From positions 1,888,001 to 1,952,000 of the forward strand of contig CAXXSR010000001.1 of the NCBI GenBank assembly GCA_963662615.2: a stretch of 64,000 nucleotides of DNA, read 5' to 3'. Numbering within the stretch: position 1 is the stretch's first letter; every line of letters begins with the position of its first letter. Of this stretch, positions 17,570-27,866 are shown one piece after another. The notes beneath the pieces were generated by a model. The model had not been told where the DNA came from, searched no databases, and saw nothing but the letters and a program-made list of their open reading frames with translations. Source of the DNA: Dehalococcoidia bacterium. Its GTDB lineage: Bacteria; Chloroflexota; Dehalococcoidia; Bin125. The translations under genes were made by a program, and so were the position numbers.

Positions 17570-18421
17570 CTAGCGCCTGCGTAAATCGTCACGCCAGAAC
17601 CGCATGCTGATATTCAAGCCAATCGAGTTGTACGCAGACTCCATCAGATTCACTGCCGGCTGGAACGGCCATCCAAATAACGTAACTTGCTCCCAGGCAG
17701 CCCGACTCAACCATGCGACCGAGCTGCCTACCAAGAACTCAATCGCTTCCCGCGTAACGATCTTCTCGATGAATCGTCCGTCTTTCCCGGTCCGTCTGCT
17801 CCCAAGACCCAGATATCCCCACGTCTCACCGTGAGACATCGCCGGGAGAAGCCTGTACGCACCTCCCGCGTTCAACGCAAGCCTCGCCAACTCAATGCGG
17901 GGTGGAGCCTTCTTCAGCGTAAGTCCGCGATGCTCCGCGATCTCCCGGATTTTACGGATACGAACCCTTGCATCGTCCTCCGCCCGATCGTCCTTGCTCT
18001 CCTTGTAGAATTTCGTTTGCTCCGTGACGTCGTGGTAACGAAAGCTCAGGCCTCTCAGCACCCGATCATCTACATCGATTGAGCGGTCGAGTAGATAGAC
18101 CACGCGCGATGCGTTCTCGAGGACCCCTCGAGCGCAACTCCAACTACTCGAGACGAGCGGAGGTTCCGCCAAACTTCGGTGCAAGCCGAAAATGTGGTCG
18201 CCTGCGACCTCTTGAGCTATCGCGGCCTGGCTATATGCAGTTTGTACGGCATCGGCATTGCCGTACTGCCGGAGCTCGGCCTCAGCCCGCGATCCTGGCT
18301 GAGGCTCGTAGCCGCATGTCTTGAGGTACGCTCCTAGCTCTTCTGGATAGCGTTTCAGCACACCCAGCAGCGTGTCGAAGTGTTCCTTGTTTATCTGCGA
18401 GAAAGGCTGCTGGTCGGCCAC
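17570..18421 (-). CDS. Hypothetical protein with atypical (more AT-rich) codon usage
   Basis: Long open frame, GTG start after gaggtgg; helical protein with ARGVLE..YLL and YRLL..MSHG motifs. Confidence 0.7.
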   Translation of the reverse strand: MADQQPFSQINKEHFDTLLGVLKRYPEELGAYLKTCGYEPQPGSRAEAELRQYGNADAVQTAYSQAAIAQEVAGDHIFGLHRSLAEPPLVSSSWSCARGVLENASRVVYLLDRSIDVDDRVLRGLSFRYHDVTEQTKFYKESKDDRAEDDARVRIRKIREIAEHRGLTLKKAPPRIELARLALNAGGAYRLLPAMSHGETWGYLGLGSRRTGKDGRFIEKIVTREAIEFLVGSSVAWLSRAAWEQVTLFGWPFQPAVNLMESAYNSIGLNISMRFWRDDLRRR

Positions 18422-18586
18422 GCCACCACCTCTAGAACCGAGAACAGTCGTTCGCATGGCAAACTGCCACAGCGGGTTTTCGCGCCCCCTTCCCCTCCCT
18501 TCCCCCCCTGTAACCCCCAACACACTCTTATGTCGCCTCTACTCTGGACCAAGACCGCGTACAGCGTTTATAACCCGCACTCCGCG

Positions 18587-18600
18587 TGCTATACTGAACC
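18587..18600 (+). promoter_or_regulatory. Extended -10 promoter, likely leaderless mRNA
   Basis: TGcTATACT five nt before ATG 18601; no SD. Confidence 0.6.
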
Positions 18601-19209
18601 ATGACCACCTCCACCCCTCTCCCCACCGCCCCCACCTCGCCCAACGGACAGACCCCCACCCTCGCCGCTGGACCCCCGCTTGCGGGCTCGTCGGCACACC
18701 CCGCGGTCGCGCCGGGCGGCACACCACCGCCTGTGCGAGATAGCCCCAAGCGCGACAGGTTGAGTGTCCGCGTCCGCCTCCCCCAAGTCCGCGACCTCGC
18801 CGCCCGGGGCCACACCCGCGCCCAGATCGCCCGCACCCTCGGCGTCTCCCCCCGCACCGTCACCGCCGACGTCGCCCGCCTCGCCACGCTCCAGGAGCAA
18901 GAGTTCGCCCGACGCGTCGGCCGCGACGGCCGCCTCCACGCCCTCGACGTCCACCGCCTCCTCCAGGCCTCCGCCTGGAAGGCCGTCGACGCCATCCTCG
19001 ACAACCAGACCGACGCCTACCGCAACCTCGCTCCCCTCCTCCGCACCATCGCCCTCTCCCAGCACGCCATGGACGGCCACCACACCGCCCAGCGCGACGA
19101 CGACAAAAACGCCGCCAGGATGCGCGACTGGCGGCGGACCAAGCGGCAACTCGACCAGGACACGCAGCGCCTCACCCGCGCCCTCACCGGCATCGACAAG
19201 CGCCTCTGA
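18601..19209 (+). CDS. Helix-turn-helix domain protein
   Basis: VRDLAARGHTRAQIARTLGVSPRTVTADVARL followed by a helical C-terminus. Confidence 0.75.
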   Translation: MTTSTPLPTAPTSPNGQTPTLAAGPPLAGSSAHPAVAPGGTPPPVRDSPKRDRLSVRVRLPQVRDLAARGHTRAQIARTLGVSPRTVTADVARLATLQEQEFARRVGRDGRLHALDVHRLLQASAWKAVDAILDNQTDAYRNLAPLLRTIALSQHAMDGHHTAQRDDDKNAARMRDWRRTKRQLDQDTQRLTRALTGIDKRL

Positions 19210-19272
19210 CGCCAATGGCGCCCACCGCTCCGACCACGCTCAGTGTCTCGGGATGAACGGAGCTCGCGCCGC

Positions 19273-20334
19273 CTAGACCGGCACGTCCAGCGCCATGCCC
19301 AGAAGCACCGCCGTCACGATCCGGCGCTCCGAGTACAGCCGCTCGGCTCGGTCGAACGAGCCCTCACACGTGACCAGCGTCAGCATCGACGTCGTCGTCG
19401 ACTGCAGGAATCGTCCTCCATCGGGATCGTCGTGCGGCACCGACAGCGTCTGCGTCACCAGGTACACGTGCGTCACGCCCGCCTCCCGATCGACAACCAG
19501 GATCTGATCGCCCAGCGCCACCTCCGGCAGCGCCCACGCCACCCCCAACCCCACGTTGCCATCCACATCCGTGTAGTCCCGGTGCCCGTCCAGCAGCACG
19601 TTGCCCGGCTCGCCCGGCATCGGACCGTCCTGCCACCAGCCAATCACATCCGGATTGTCCGGCGCGCCGAATGCCCCGTTCGGCAGCACCCCCAACCCAA
19701 CCACGTCCGCCCGCAGCTTTGCCGCTGGGATGATGACCTCCCACGCCGTCCGATTGTCCACGGACGGAAAGATCCCTGAGCCGCGCAGGTTCGACCCAGC
19801 CTCGCCGCTCCCGCCGTGGATCAGCGCATCGACGTCGAACTCCGGCAGCGCCACGATCGGAGGCCGCCAAGGCGTCGCCGCCGACGCCTCCACTCCCGTG
19901 GCCGCGTCGGAGCTGCGCTCCTGCGCGACGACGGGCAACGTCGCCGCGGTCGCCTCCCCCTTGATCGTCGATGGAGTCGCACCGTCACCAGCACCGTCGC
20001 CCGCACCGTCACCGTCGTAAAGAACCATCAGCAGCAGGACCGCCACGATTGCAGCGGCGAGCCCCCCCACCACGGATGCCGCCACCATCCGGCCTGCCCA
20101 TTTGGCGGTCGCTGCCGGCAGCCCGCGAGCGCTCTTGTGCGGGCCTCGCGCCGTGCGCAACGTCTCGACCGCGTCGCTCGGCACGCGATAGATCGGTCCC
20201 CACGGCCCCACGTCGCTCTCCGAGCGCAGACGCCCCTCTTCGATCCAACGGGTGACGTCGTCACTCGTGACGCCCAGACGGGCAGCCGCCTCTCGAACCG
20301 TCAGCTGCTCCGGCGAAGACGTTTCCTCGTGCAT
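19273..20334 (-). CDS. Excisionase/MerR-like HTH - TM - class F sortase fusion
   Basis: LTVREAAARLGVT..VTRWIEEGRL (HTH_17-like), TM GGLAAAIVAVLLLMVL, GWW..GPMPGEPGNVLLDGHRD, LTLVTCEGSFD, YSERRIV (His/Cys/Arg triad). Confidence 0.88.
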   Translation of the reverse strand: MHEETSSPEQLTVREAAARLGVTSDDVTRWIEEGRLRSESDVGPWGPIYRVPSDAVETLRTARGPHKSARGLPAATAKWAGRMVAASVVGGLAAAIVAVLLLMVLYDGDGAGDGAGDGATPSTIKGEATAATLPVVAQERSSDAATGVEASAATPWRPPIVALPEFDVDALIHGGSGEAGSNLRGSGIFPSVDNRTAWEVIIPAAKLRADVVGLGVLPNGAFGAPDNPDVIGWWQDGPMPGEPGNVLLDGHRDYTDVDGNVGLGVAWALPEVALGDQILVVDREAGVTHVYLVTQTLSVPHDDPDGGRFLQSTTTSMLTLVTCEGSFDRAERLYSERRIVTAVLLGMALDVPV

Positions 20335-20443
20335 CGCTTAGGCCTGACTTGCCGCTTCCCTGCGTCCCAGTCGCTATCCTCGGGCGCGCCCACGCGGTGG
20401 CCCGCGGGAGACCTGCTCCCCCTCAACAGTAGACTCGCACGAC

Positions 20444-20495
20444 CCACCGCTCGTTACGGCCACCGCTCGTTACGGCCACCGCTCGTTACGGCCAC
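20444..20495 (-). repeat. Three perfect 16-bp tandem repeats upstream of the HTH-sortase gene
   Basis: ccaccgctcgttacgg x3 plus ccac. Confidence 0.95.
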
Positions 20496-20522
20496 GGCCC
20501 GGAAGCGGACACGCCGGCTCCC

Positions 20523-21479
20523 TCAGCCCGCGTCCCCATTCGCTCGAAGCCACTCCAGAAGGCGTCGAACGCTTGCCGTCGCGACGGCCACGTAGGTGTC
20601 CGCGGCCCCATAGTAAAGACGCAACGTGTCGCCATCCGGCCCCACGGTCGCGCCGCATGCGAAGACCACGTTCCCCACGTCGCCCATTCGCTCATACGAC
20701 GCCTCCGGAGCAAAGATCCATTCTCGCCCACGTCGCAGGCAGCGGTCGGGCTGCTCCAAATCCAAGAGCGCGAGCCCCAACCGGTACTGCGGCCCCCCAG
20801 CCACCATCCGCACTCCGTGATAGATCAGAAGCCAGCCCTCGGGCGTTTCCAGCGGCGGCGGGCCAATGCCGATCTTCGTGGAATCCCACCACGGTCCCCT
20901 GCGCCGCGACATCACCTGGCGATGGCCACCCCAATCCTCCAGGTCAACGGAGGACGCGATCCAAACGTTACCCTCGTCACCGGGCATAGCCCGATGAAGG
21001 AGTGCCCAGCGGTCGCCGAAGCGTCTCGGGAGCAAGGCGCCGTTCTTGTTGGGCGGCGCCAGCAAGCCGCCCCGACGCTCGAAATGGCGAAAGTCCTCCG
21101 TCAGCGCCAGCGCCAGCGTCGGCCCCGCGGCGGAATAGGCCGTATACAGCACGGCGAACCGGCCCAGTTCAGGAACGTAGACGACCCGCGGATCTTCCAG
21201 GCCGAACTCCTCCTCCCTGCGCTCCGGATCCGGCGCCAGCGTGGGCGCGGGATCGATCTCCCAGCCGTCAATGCCGTTCGCGGAGCGGGCCACGGTGAGA
21301 TGCGAGACCCCGCGTCGGTCCTCTACACGGCAAAGGAGGCACGTCGTGCCGTCCGGCAGCGTCGCCGCCGCCGGATTGAAGACCGCCGCGACGGGGTACG
21401 GCCAATCCGCCGGGCTCAGGATGGGATTGTCAGGATGCCGCTCGAACAGCTCGCACCGCTCCAGCAGTTCCGCCATCAC
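20523..21479 (-). CDS. GH130-family glycosidase/phosphorylase
   Basis: NPIL, VFNPAA, GLEDPRV, NKNGALLP, LHR, KIGIGPPP, WLLIYHGV, NVVFACG, YYGAADT. Confidence 0.92.
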   Translation of the reverse strand: MMAELLERCELFERHPDNPILSPADWPYPVAAVFNPAAATLPDGTTCLLCRVEDRRGVSHLTVARSANGIDGWEIDPAPTLAPDPERREEEFGLEDPRVVYVPELGRFAVLYTAYSAAGPTLALALTEDFRHFERRGGLLAPPNKNGALLPRRFGDRWALLHRAMPGDEGNVWIASSVDLEDWGGHRQVMSRRRGPWWDSTKIGIGPPPLETPEGWLLIYHGVRMVAGGPQYRLGLALLDLEQPDRCLRRGREWIFAPEASYERMGDVGNVVFACGATVGPDGDTLRLYYGAADTYVAVATASVRRLLEWLRANGDAG

Positions 21480-21663
21480 CGCGCCTCCTCATCTCGATCC
21501 TTACGAACGGAGCGCCGCTCACCTCAACACCACCCGCCATCGATCGCCACGCCCCAATCATCATCGCCCGTAGCGCTCGACCGCTCGCGGACGGATCCGC
21601 GGCGTTCATCTGCCGCGCCGCTCGCAATGATCGAGGTGTCGCACGTCGGACGGTCCAGCAGTA

Positions 21664-22341
21664 TCAGTTGCTGACCTCGGCCGCGGCCCGCAGATGCGAA
21701 GCCGTTACGTGTGCCAGATCGCCAATGGACTCTAGTGTGAGATCGGCTTCTGGAAAATCGTGGTGCGCGGGGTCGGCGGCGTAGTGTCCCTGGCAGACCA
21801 TCACCGTCGTCACCAGGTCGCCCAGGATCGCCTTCATTGCCGCGTGGATACGCGCCTTGTCGTCCACGACGACGTAGTGGGCAGCCGGGTACCGTCCGCG
21901 GATGTCGTCCGTGCTCTGCTCCTTGTGGACGTACACCAGGACGCGGCCGTCAACCGCCGCCTCCAGACCCGCGCTGCGAATCTTGTAGCGCTGGAAGAGC
22001 TGATCGCCGTCGGTCAGGATGACCGGCAGCCCCAACGACTTCACATGTTCGATCGCTTGCAACGCTTGCGGGTAGAGGCACGCGGCGAAGCGGAAATCAT
22101 AGAGGATCGAACTCAGCCGGCCCAGGCACTCCATCTCGTCACATTCCCGGCCGAACCGCTCCACCGCCTCCGGAAAATCGACATGGTCAAGCTCCTCGCG
22201 AACCGCCTCGTAGATCTCCCAGAACCGCGCGGCCCGGCGCGGTCCAACACCGTCCACGACCGCCGCTTCCAGCTCCACTCTCACGCGGTCGTTGTCCAGC
22301 AGCGTGTTGTCCACATCCAGCAGGACCACCATGTCATGCAT
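21664..22341 (-). CDS. HAD-family hydrolase
   Basis: LLDVDNTLLD, TDGD, VVVDDK, QGHYA. Confidence 0.88.
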   Translation of the reverse strand: MHDMVVLLDVDNTLLDNDRVRVELEAAVVDGVGPRRAARFWEIYEAVREELDHVDFPEAVERFGRECDEMECLGRLSSILYDFRFAACLYPQALQAIEHVKSLGLPVILTDGDQLFQRYKIRSAGLEAAVDGRVLVYVHKEQSTDDIRGRYPAAHYVVVDDKARIHAAMKAILGDLVTTVMVCQGHYAADPAHHDFPEADLTLESIGDLAHVTASHLRAAAEVSN

Positions 22342-22749
22342 GACTGATCACCTCCCTCGCGTCGTGAGGTTGTGTCCAGAGCTTCTCGCGCCGCCCCTCT
22401 CCGCACGCCGGCAACGGTTCGATACCGCCGGAATCGACGCGGCGCTTCCAAGCGCAGCCCCGCCCGCTCTGGCCATGGAGCCCCAGCGGCGCGAGTCTAC
22501 TCCGTCCGACCGATTCGACGCCCCTGCGGGCGAATCGTGCCTTTGGTTCCGCGGCGCGCCCCACGACGAATCGACCACTCAAGCGGAGTCCTCTGAGCGC
22601 TCTGCGCCGCCCTGCTGGATCATCAATGAGCCCGGCGCAGCTTGCGAGGGCAGAGACAGCTCGTGCTCCGCCGCGGATGGGAGACTTGCAGGGCGTAGTG
22701 GTGGCAGCCTACCCTCGCCGGACCCCCGCCTCGGAAGGAGGCGAGCCCC

Positions 22750-24768
22750 ATGGCGACCCAGCCCTTGGACCAGCTCTGCATCAATACCATTCGCACCTTG
22801 GCCATGGACGCCGTTCAGAAGGCGAATTCAGGCCATCCCGGCACGCCCATGGGCGCGGCGGCCATCGCCTACACGATCTGGACTCGCTTTCTGCGTCACA
22901 ATCCCGCCAACCCGCGCTGGCCCGACCGCGATCGATTCGTGCTCTCGCCGGGTCATGCCTCCATGCTGCTCTACAGCCTCCTCGCCCTGACCGGATACGA
23001 CCTGCCAATGGAGGAGCTGCAGCGCTTCCGCCAATGGGGGAGCAAGACGCCCGGACACCCGGAATACGGTCTCACCCCGGGCGTCGAGCTTACGACCGGA
23101 CCGCTCGGCGCTGGCTTCGCCATGGGCATCGGCATGGCCGTTGTCGAACGCTTCCTGGCCGAGCACTTCAACCGGCCGGGGCACGAGATTGTGGACCACT
23201 ACGTGTAAGGCATCGTCAGCGACGGCGACCTCATGGAGGGCGTCGCGGCCGAGGCGGCCTCCCTCGCCGGCACTCTGCGCCTCGGCAAGCTCATCTATCT
23301 GTACGACGACAACGAGATCTCCATCGAAGGCAGCACCGACATCGCCTTCACCGAGCAGGTGGGCCGGCGCTTCGAAGCGTACGACTGGCACGTCCAGCGC
23401 GTTGACGGCAACGACGTGGACGCCGTCGCCACGGCCATCAACACAGCCCGCGCCCACGCCGAGCGGCCCTCCCTGATCATGGCGCGGACGGTGATCGGAT
23501 TCGGCAGTCCCCATGCGGCTGGGACGGCCCAGGTGCACGGCGCTCCGCTGGGTGAGGAGGAGATTCGCCTAACCAAGCGGGCCCTGGGCTGGCCGGAGCA
23601 GCCACCGTTCCACGTGCCGGACGAAGCGCTCGGAGAGTTCCGCAAGGCGCTCAACCGTGGTCGCGCCTGGGAAGAGGAGTGGAACGGGCGCTTCGCGTCA
23701 TACGAAGCGGCCTTCCCGGATGACGCCCGGCTGTGGCGCGTCGTCTCGGCCGGCGACCTCCCTGAGAACTGGGACGCAGCGGTACCAACATTCACCTCCG
23801 CCGACGGCCCCATGGCGACCCGCCAGGCGTCCGGCAAGGTGCTCAACGGCCTCATTGAGGGGCTGCCCACATTGCTGGGCGGATCGGCGGACTTGGCTCC
23901 GTCCACGAACACCTATCTCAAGGGCTACGGCGATCTCGGCTTCGACGAATGGTGCGGACACAACATGCATTTCGGCGTCCGCGAGCATGCCATGGGCAAC
24001 ATTGCGAACGGCATGGCCCTGCATGGCGGTGTCATCCCCTACACTGCCACATTTCTGGTCTTTTCGGACTACATGCGGCCGGCGCTGCGGCTCGCCGCGC
24101 TACAGCGCGCCCACGTCATCTTCATCTTCACCCACGACAGCATCGGCATGGGCGAGGACGGGCCGACCCACCAGCCCGTCGAGCACCTGGCGTCCCTGCG
24201 AGCGATGCCCGACTTCACGCTCTTCCGCCCAGCCGACGCCAATGAGACCGCCGAGTGCTGGCGCCTCGCGGTCGCCCGTCCGGGTCCGGCAGCCATCGTC
24301 CTGAGCCGCCAGAGTTTGCCCGTCTTTGACGACATTAAGCGGATTCGCGACGGCGTCCGCCGCGGCGCCTACGTCTTCGCCGATGCGGATGCCGCTTCGC
24401 CCGATCTCGTCCTGCTCGCGAGCGGATCCGAAGTCTCGCTGGTTCTCGCCGCCCGCACTCTCCTCGGCGAGCGCGGGATTCAGGCACGGGTGGTCAGCAT
24501 GCCGAGTTGGGATCTGTTTGAGGAGCAGCCCCAGGCGTACAAGAACGCGGTGATCCCGTCCGGCGTACGTGCCCGTCTGGCCGTCGAGGCGGCCTCCCCC
24601 CTGGGCTGGCACCGGTACGTGGGCGACGCGGGCGATATCGTGGCCCTCGCTCACTTCGGCGCATCGGCGCCCGCGGATCAACTGTTCCAGGCGTTCGGCT
24701 TCACACCGGAGCAGGTGGCGGATCGCGCCGCGGCGCTGGTGGGACAGCCGGCCCGGCAGGGCGCCTAG
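22750..24768 (+). pseudogene. tkt: Transketolase with one in-frame TAA at 23206-23208
   Basis: [25 protein letters not shown], then [15 protein letters not shown] continuing in the same frame to [23 protein letters not shown]. Confidence 0.9.
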
Positions 24769-24770
24769 CC

Positions 24771-25229
24771 ATGCGCATCGCCGTCGGCGCGGACCACGCG
24801 GGGTTCCCCTTGAAAGGGCAGCTCATCGCTGAGCTGCAGCGGCTCGGTCACGAAGTCGTCGACGTGGGGACCCACAGCACGGACCCGGTTGACTATCCTG
24901 ACGTTGCTGAGGCGGTGGGGAAAGCCGTCATTGGTGGCGAGGCGCACCGAGGCCTGCTCGTGTGCGGTAGTGGCGTCGGCGCGGCCGTGGCCGCGAATAA
25001 GATTCCCGGAATCCGTGCAAGCGTCTGCCACGACACCTTTTCCGCGCATCAAGGTGTGGAGGACGACGACATGAACGTCCTCTGCCTGGGCGCACGCGTC
25101 GTGGGACCGCAGCTCGCCGCGGAGATCGTGCGGACATGGCAGCAGGTGTCCTTCTCCCACGCCGAGCGCCACGTTCGCCGCCTGAGCAAGGTCTTGGCGT
25201 TAGAGAAGCGGTACCAGCAAGGAGTCTGA
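24771..25229 (+). CDS. rpiB: Ribose-5-phosphate isomerase B
   Basis: [33 protein letters not shown]. Confidence 0.96.
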   Translation: MRIAVGADHAGFPLKGQLIAELQRLGHEVVDVGTHSTDPVDYPDVAEAVGKAVIGGEAHRGLLVCGSGVGAAVAANKIPGIRASVCHDTFSAHQGVEDDDMNVLCLGARVVGPQLAAEIVRTWQQVSFSHAERHVRRLSKVLALEKRYQQGV

Positions 25230-25232
25230 GCC

Positions 25233-27863
25233 GTGCCCACAGCCATTGAGGAACTTCGCCAGGCAGGACAGAGCGTCTGGCTCGACTTCATTCGGCGCGG
25301 CTTCCTGCGCTCCGGCGGATTGGAGCGCTATGTCCGCGAAGGCTTGGTAAGCGGCGTGACCTCCAACCCATCGATCTTTGCGAAAGCCGTGTCCGGCTCT
25401 CCCGATTACGACGACGCTCTGCACGAAATCGCCCAGGCAGGCAAAGCGGAACCGTACGACGCGTTCGTGCAGCTTGCCGTGGACGACATTCAGCTGGCAG
25501 CGGACATTCTGCGCCCGGTCTACGACAGTACCGGCGGCGCCGACGGATACGTCTCGCTGGAGGTGGCGCCAGGAATTGAGGACGACACCGCCCGCACCGT
25601 CGCCGAGGCGACGCGCTTGTATCGATTGGTGGACCGGCCCAACGCGATGATCAAGGTCCCGGGAACGGGCGCTGGGATCCGAGCGCTGGAGGATCTCATC
25701 GCCGCCGGGATCAACATCAACGTCACGCTGCTGTTCAACGTGGCCGTGTACGAGGAGGTCGCGCGTGGGTACATGGCCGGCCTGGAGCGGCGCCTGGAGC
25801 AGGGCCAACTGCTCGCCGGTCTCGCCAGCGTCGCCTCCTTTTTCGTGTCGCGAATTGACACCGCCGTCGAGACGCGCCTGCCCGCCGATTCCCCTCTGCG
25901 CGGCGCCGTCGCGGTTGCCAACGCACGGGTCGCCTACGGGCGTTTTCGGGAGATCTTCAGCGGGCAGCGATGGGAGCGGCTCGCCGGTGCGGGGGCGCGG
26001 GTGCAGCGCCCGCTCTGGGCCTCTACCAGCACGAAGAACAAGGCGTACTCGGACGTCCTCTACGTCGAAGCGCTCATCGCACCCGACACGGTCAACACGA
26101 TGCCGGAAACAACGTTGGCGGCGTTCGCGGACCATGGCCGTGTCAATCCAGGCGCAGTGGAGGACGGGATTGAAGCGGCGGCGGAAACGCTGAGAGGTGT
26201 CCGCTCTGCCGGCATTGACTTTGAAGCCGTCACGGATCGGTTGTTGCAGGAGGGCCTCGCCTCATTCGGCGCCGATTTCGACAACTTGCTTCACTGCGTC
26301 AGTGATTCGTTGGCAGCGGTACCGGCCGGCAGAGCGCGTCACTCCGCGAACCTGGGCGAACTGGCTCCGCAGCTGGAAGCGCGATTGCAGACACTGGAGC
26401 AGAACGACGTCGTGGGACGGCTCTGGGCCGGGGACTATACGTTGTGGAAGCCGGAACCGGGGCAGATCCCGGACCGGCTGGGGTGGCTCACCGTGGTCGA
26501 TGAGATGCTCGACCAGGTCCCTCTCCTCGAGCGGTTTGCGGCGGAGGCGGCTGACGATGGCTACGACACGGCCGTCCTCCTGGGCATGGGCGGCTCCAGC
26601 CTTGCGCCCGAGGTGTTGCAGGCCACCAGCGGCACGACCGCCGGCGCGCTGCGGTTGGAGGTGCTGGATACCACCTTGCCCGCGAGCATCCTTGCTCTCG
26701 AGCAGCGAATCGATCCGCAACGCACGCTGTTCATCGTTGCGAGCAAGTCCGGCACCACCATCGAACCGCTCTCGCACCTCGCCTATTTCTTTGAAAAGAT
26801 CCCGAACAGTCGGCAATTCATCGCCATCACCGATCCCGGAACTCCGCTGGCGGACGAGGCGCGCGCCCGACAGTTTCGGCAGCTCTTTCTGAACCGGACC
26901 GATATCGGCGGGCGCTATTCCGCCTTGTCCCACTTCGGCTTGGTGCCGACTGCCCTGATTGGCGCGGACATCCGCGGCCTGTTGAATCGCGCACTTGAGA
27001 TGCTCCACGCGAGCCACGCCTGCGTGCCCGTGCACGACAATCCGGGGGCGTGGCTCGGCGCCGTCCTCGGCGCGGCGGCACTGGCCGGGCGCGACAAGCT
27101 CACCCTCGTCCTACCAGAGTCGATTGCGACGTTCGGATACTGGGTGGAGCAGCTCATCGCCGAATCGACCGGGAAAGAGGGCACCGGCATCTTGCCGGTG
27201 GAGGGCGAAGCGCTGGGGTCGCCGGACGTGTACGGCGACGACCGGATCTTCGTCGCGCTCGGTGACGACGACGCGGTGGCGCCTCTTGAAGCGGCGGGCC
27301 ATCCCGTGGTCCGCCTCCCCTATAGCGAGCCGTCCCAGATCGGCGGTGAGTTCTTCCGCTGGGAGTTTGCGACAGCCGTGGCGGGCTACCTCCTCGGGAT
27401 CGACCCTTTTGACCAGCCCAACGTCCAGGAAGCCAAAGAGGCCACGGCGCGCATCCTCGCGGGCGGGGCGGAGACGCCCGAGACTCCCGCCCTGGCCGAC
27501 GTCCTCTCCCAGATCCGCCCCGGCGACTACATTGCGATCCAGGCCTACCTCCCCAAGACGCAAGGGACGGAGGCGGAGCTGCAGGCCGTGCGCCACGCCC
27601 TGCGCGATCGCTTCCATGTGGCCACGACGATCGGGTACGGGCCGCGCTTCCTGCACTCCACCGGGCAGTACCACAAGGGCGGCCGCAACAACGGCATCTT
27701 CATCCAAGTCGTCGGTGAGGACAGCGTGGACGTGCCCATCCCGGGACAGCACTACACCTTTGGCGAGCTTTCCCGCGCCCAAGCCCTGGGCGACCTCCAG
27801 TCATTGCAAGCGCACGACCGGCGGGTCACGCGCGTCGCACTGGATGAATTGAAAGGGCTGTAG
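25233..27863 (+). CDS. Bifunctional transaldolase / phosphoglucose isomerase
   Basis: GQSVWLD, GVTSNPSIF, MIKVP, NVTLLF, RPLWAST; then GMGGSSL, SKSGTT, GGRYS, EQLIAESTGK, FDQPNVQEAK, HSTGQYHKGG. Confidence 0.94.
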   Translation: MPTAIEELRQAGQSVWLDFIRRGFLRSGGLERYVREGLVSGVTSNPSIFAKAVSGSPDYDDALHEIAQAGKAEPYDAFVQLAVDDIQLAADILRPVYDSTGGADGYVSLEVAPGIEDDTARTVAEATRLYRLVDRPNAMIKVPGTGAGIRALEDLIAAGININVTLLFNVAVYEEVARGYMAGLERRLEQGQLLAGLASVASFFVSRIDTAVETRLPADSPLRGAVAVANARVAYGRFREIFSGQRWERLAGAGARVQRPLWASTSTKNKAYSDVLYVEALIAPDTVNTMPETTLAAFADHGRVNPGAVEDGIEAAAETLRGVRSAGIDFEAVTDRLLQEGLASFGADFDNLLHCVSDSLAAVPAGRARHSANLGELAPQLEARLQTLEQNDVVGRLWAGDYTLWKPEPGQIPDRLGWLTVVDEMLDQVPLLERFAAEAADDGYDTAVLLGMGGSSLAPEVLQATSGTTAGALRLEVLDTTLPASILALEQRIDPQRTLFIVASKSGTTIEPLSHLAYFFEKIPNSRQFIAITDPGTPLADEARARQFRQLFLNRTDIGGRYSALSHFGLVPTALIGADIRGLLNRALEMLHASHACVPVHDNPGAWLGAVLGAAALAGRDKLTLVLPESIATFGYWVEQLIAESTGKEGTGILPVEGEALGSPDVYGDDRIFVALGDDDAVAPLEAAGHPVVRLPYSEPSQIGGEFFRWEFATAVAGYLLGIDPFDQPNVQEAKEATARILAGGAETPETPALADVLSQIRPGDYIAIQAYLPKTQGTEAELQAVRHALRDRFHVATTIGYGPRFLHSTGQYHKGGRNNGIFIQVVGEDSVDVPIPGQHYTFGELSRAQALGDLQSLQAHDRRVTRVALDELKGL

Positions 27864-27866
27864 GTC

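Noticed and set aside
23206-23208. Selenocysteine/pyrrolysine recoding in tkt
   Set aside because: The codon is TAA, not TGA/TAG, and neighbouring genes end at standard stops.
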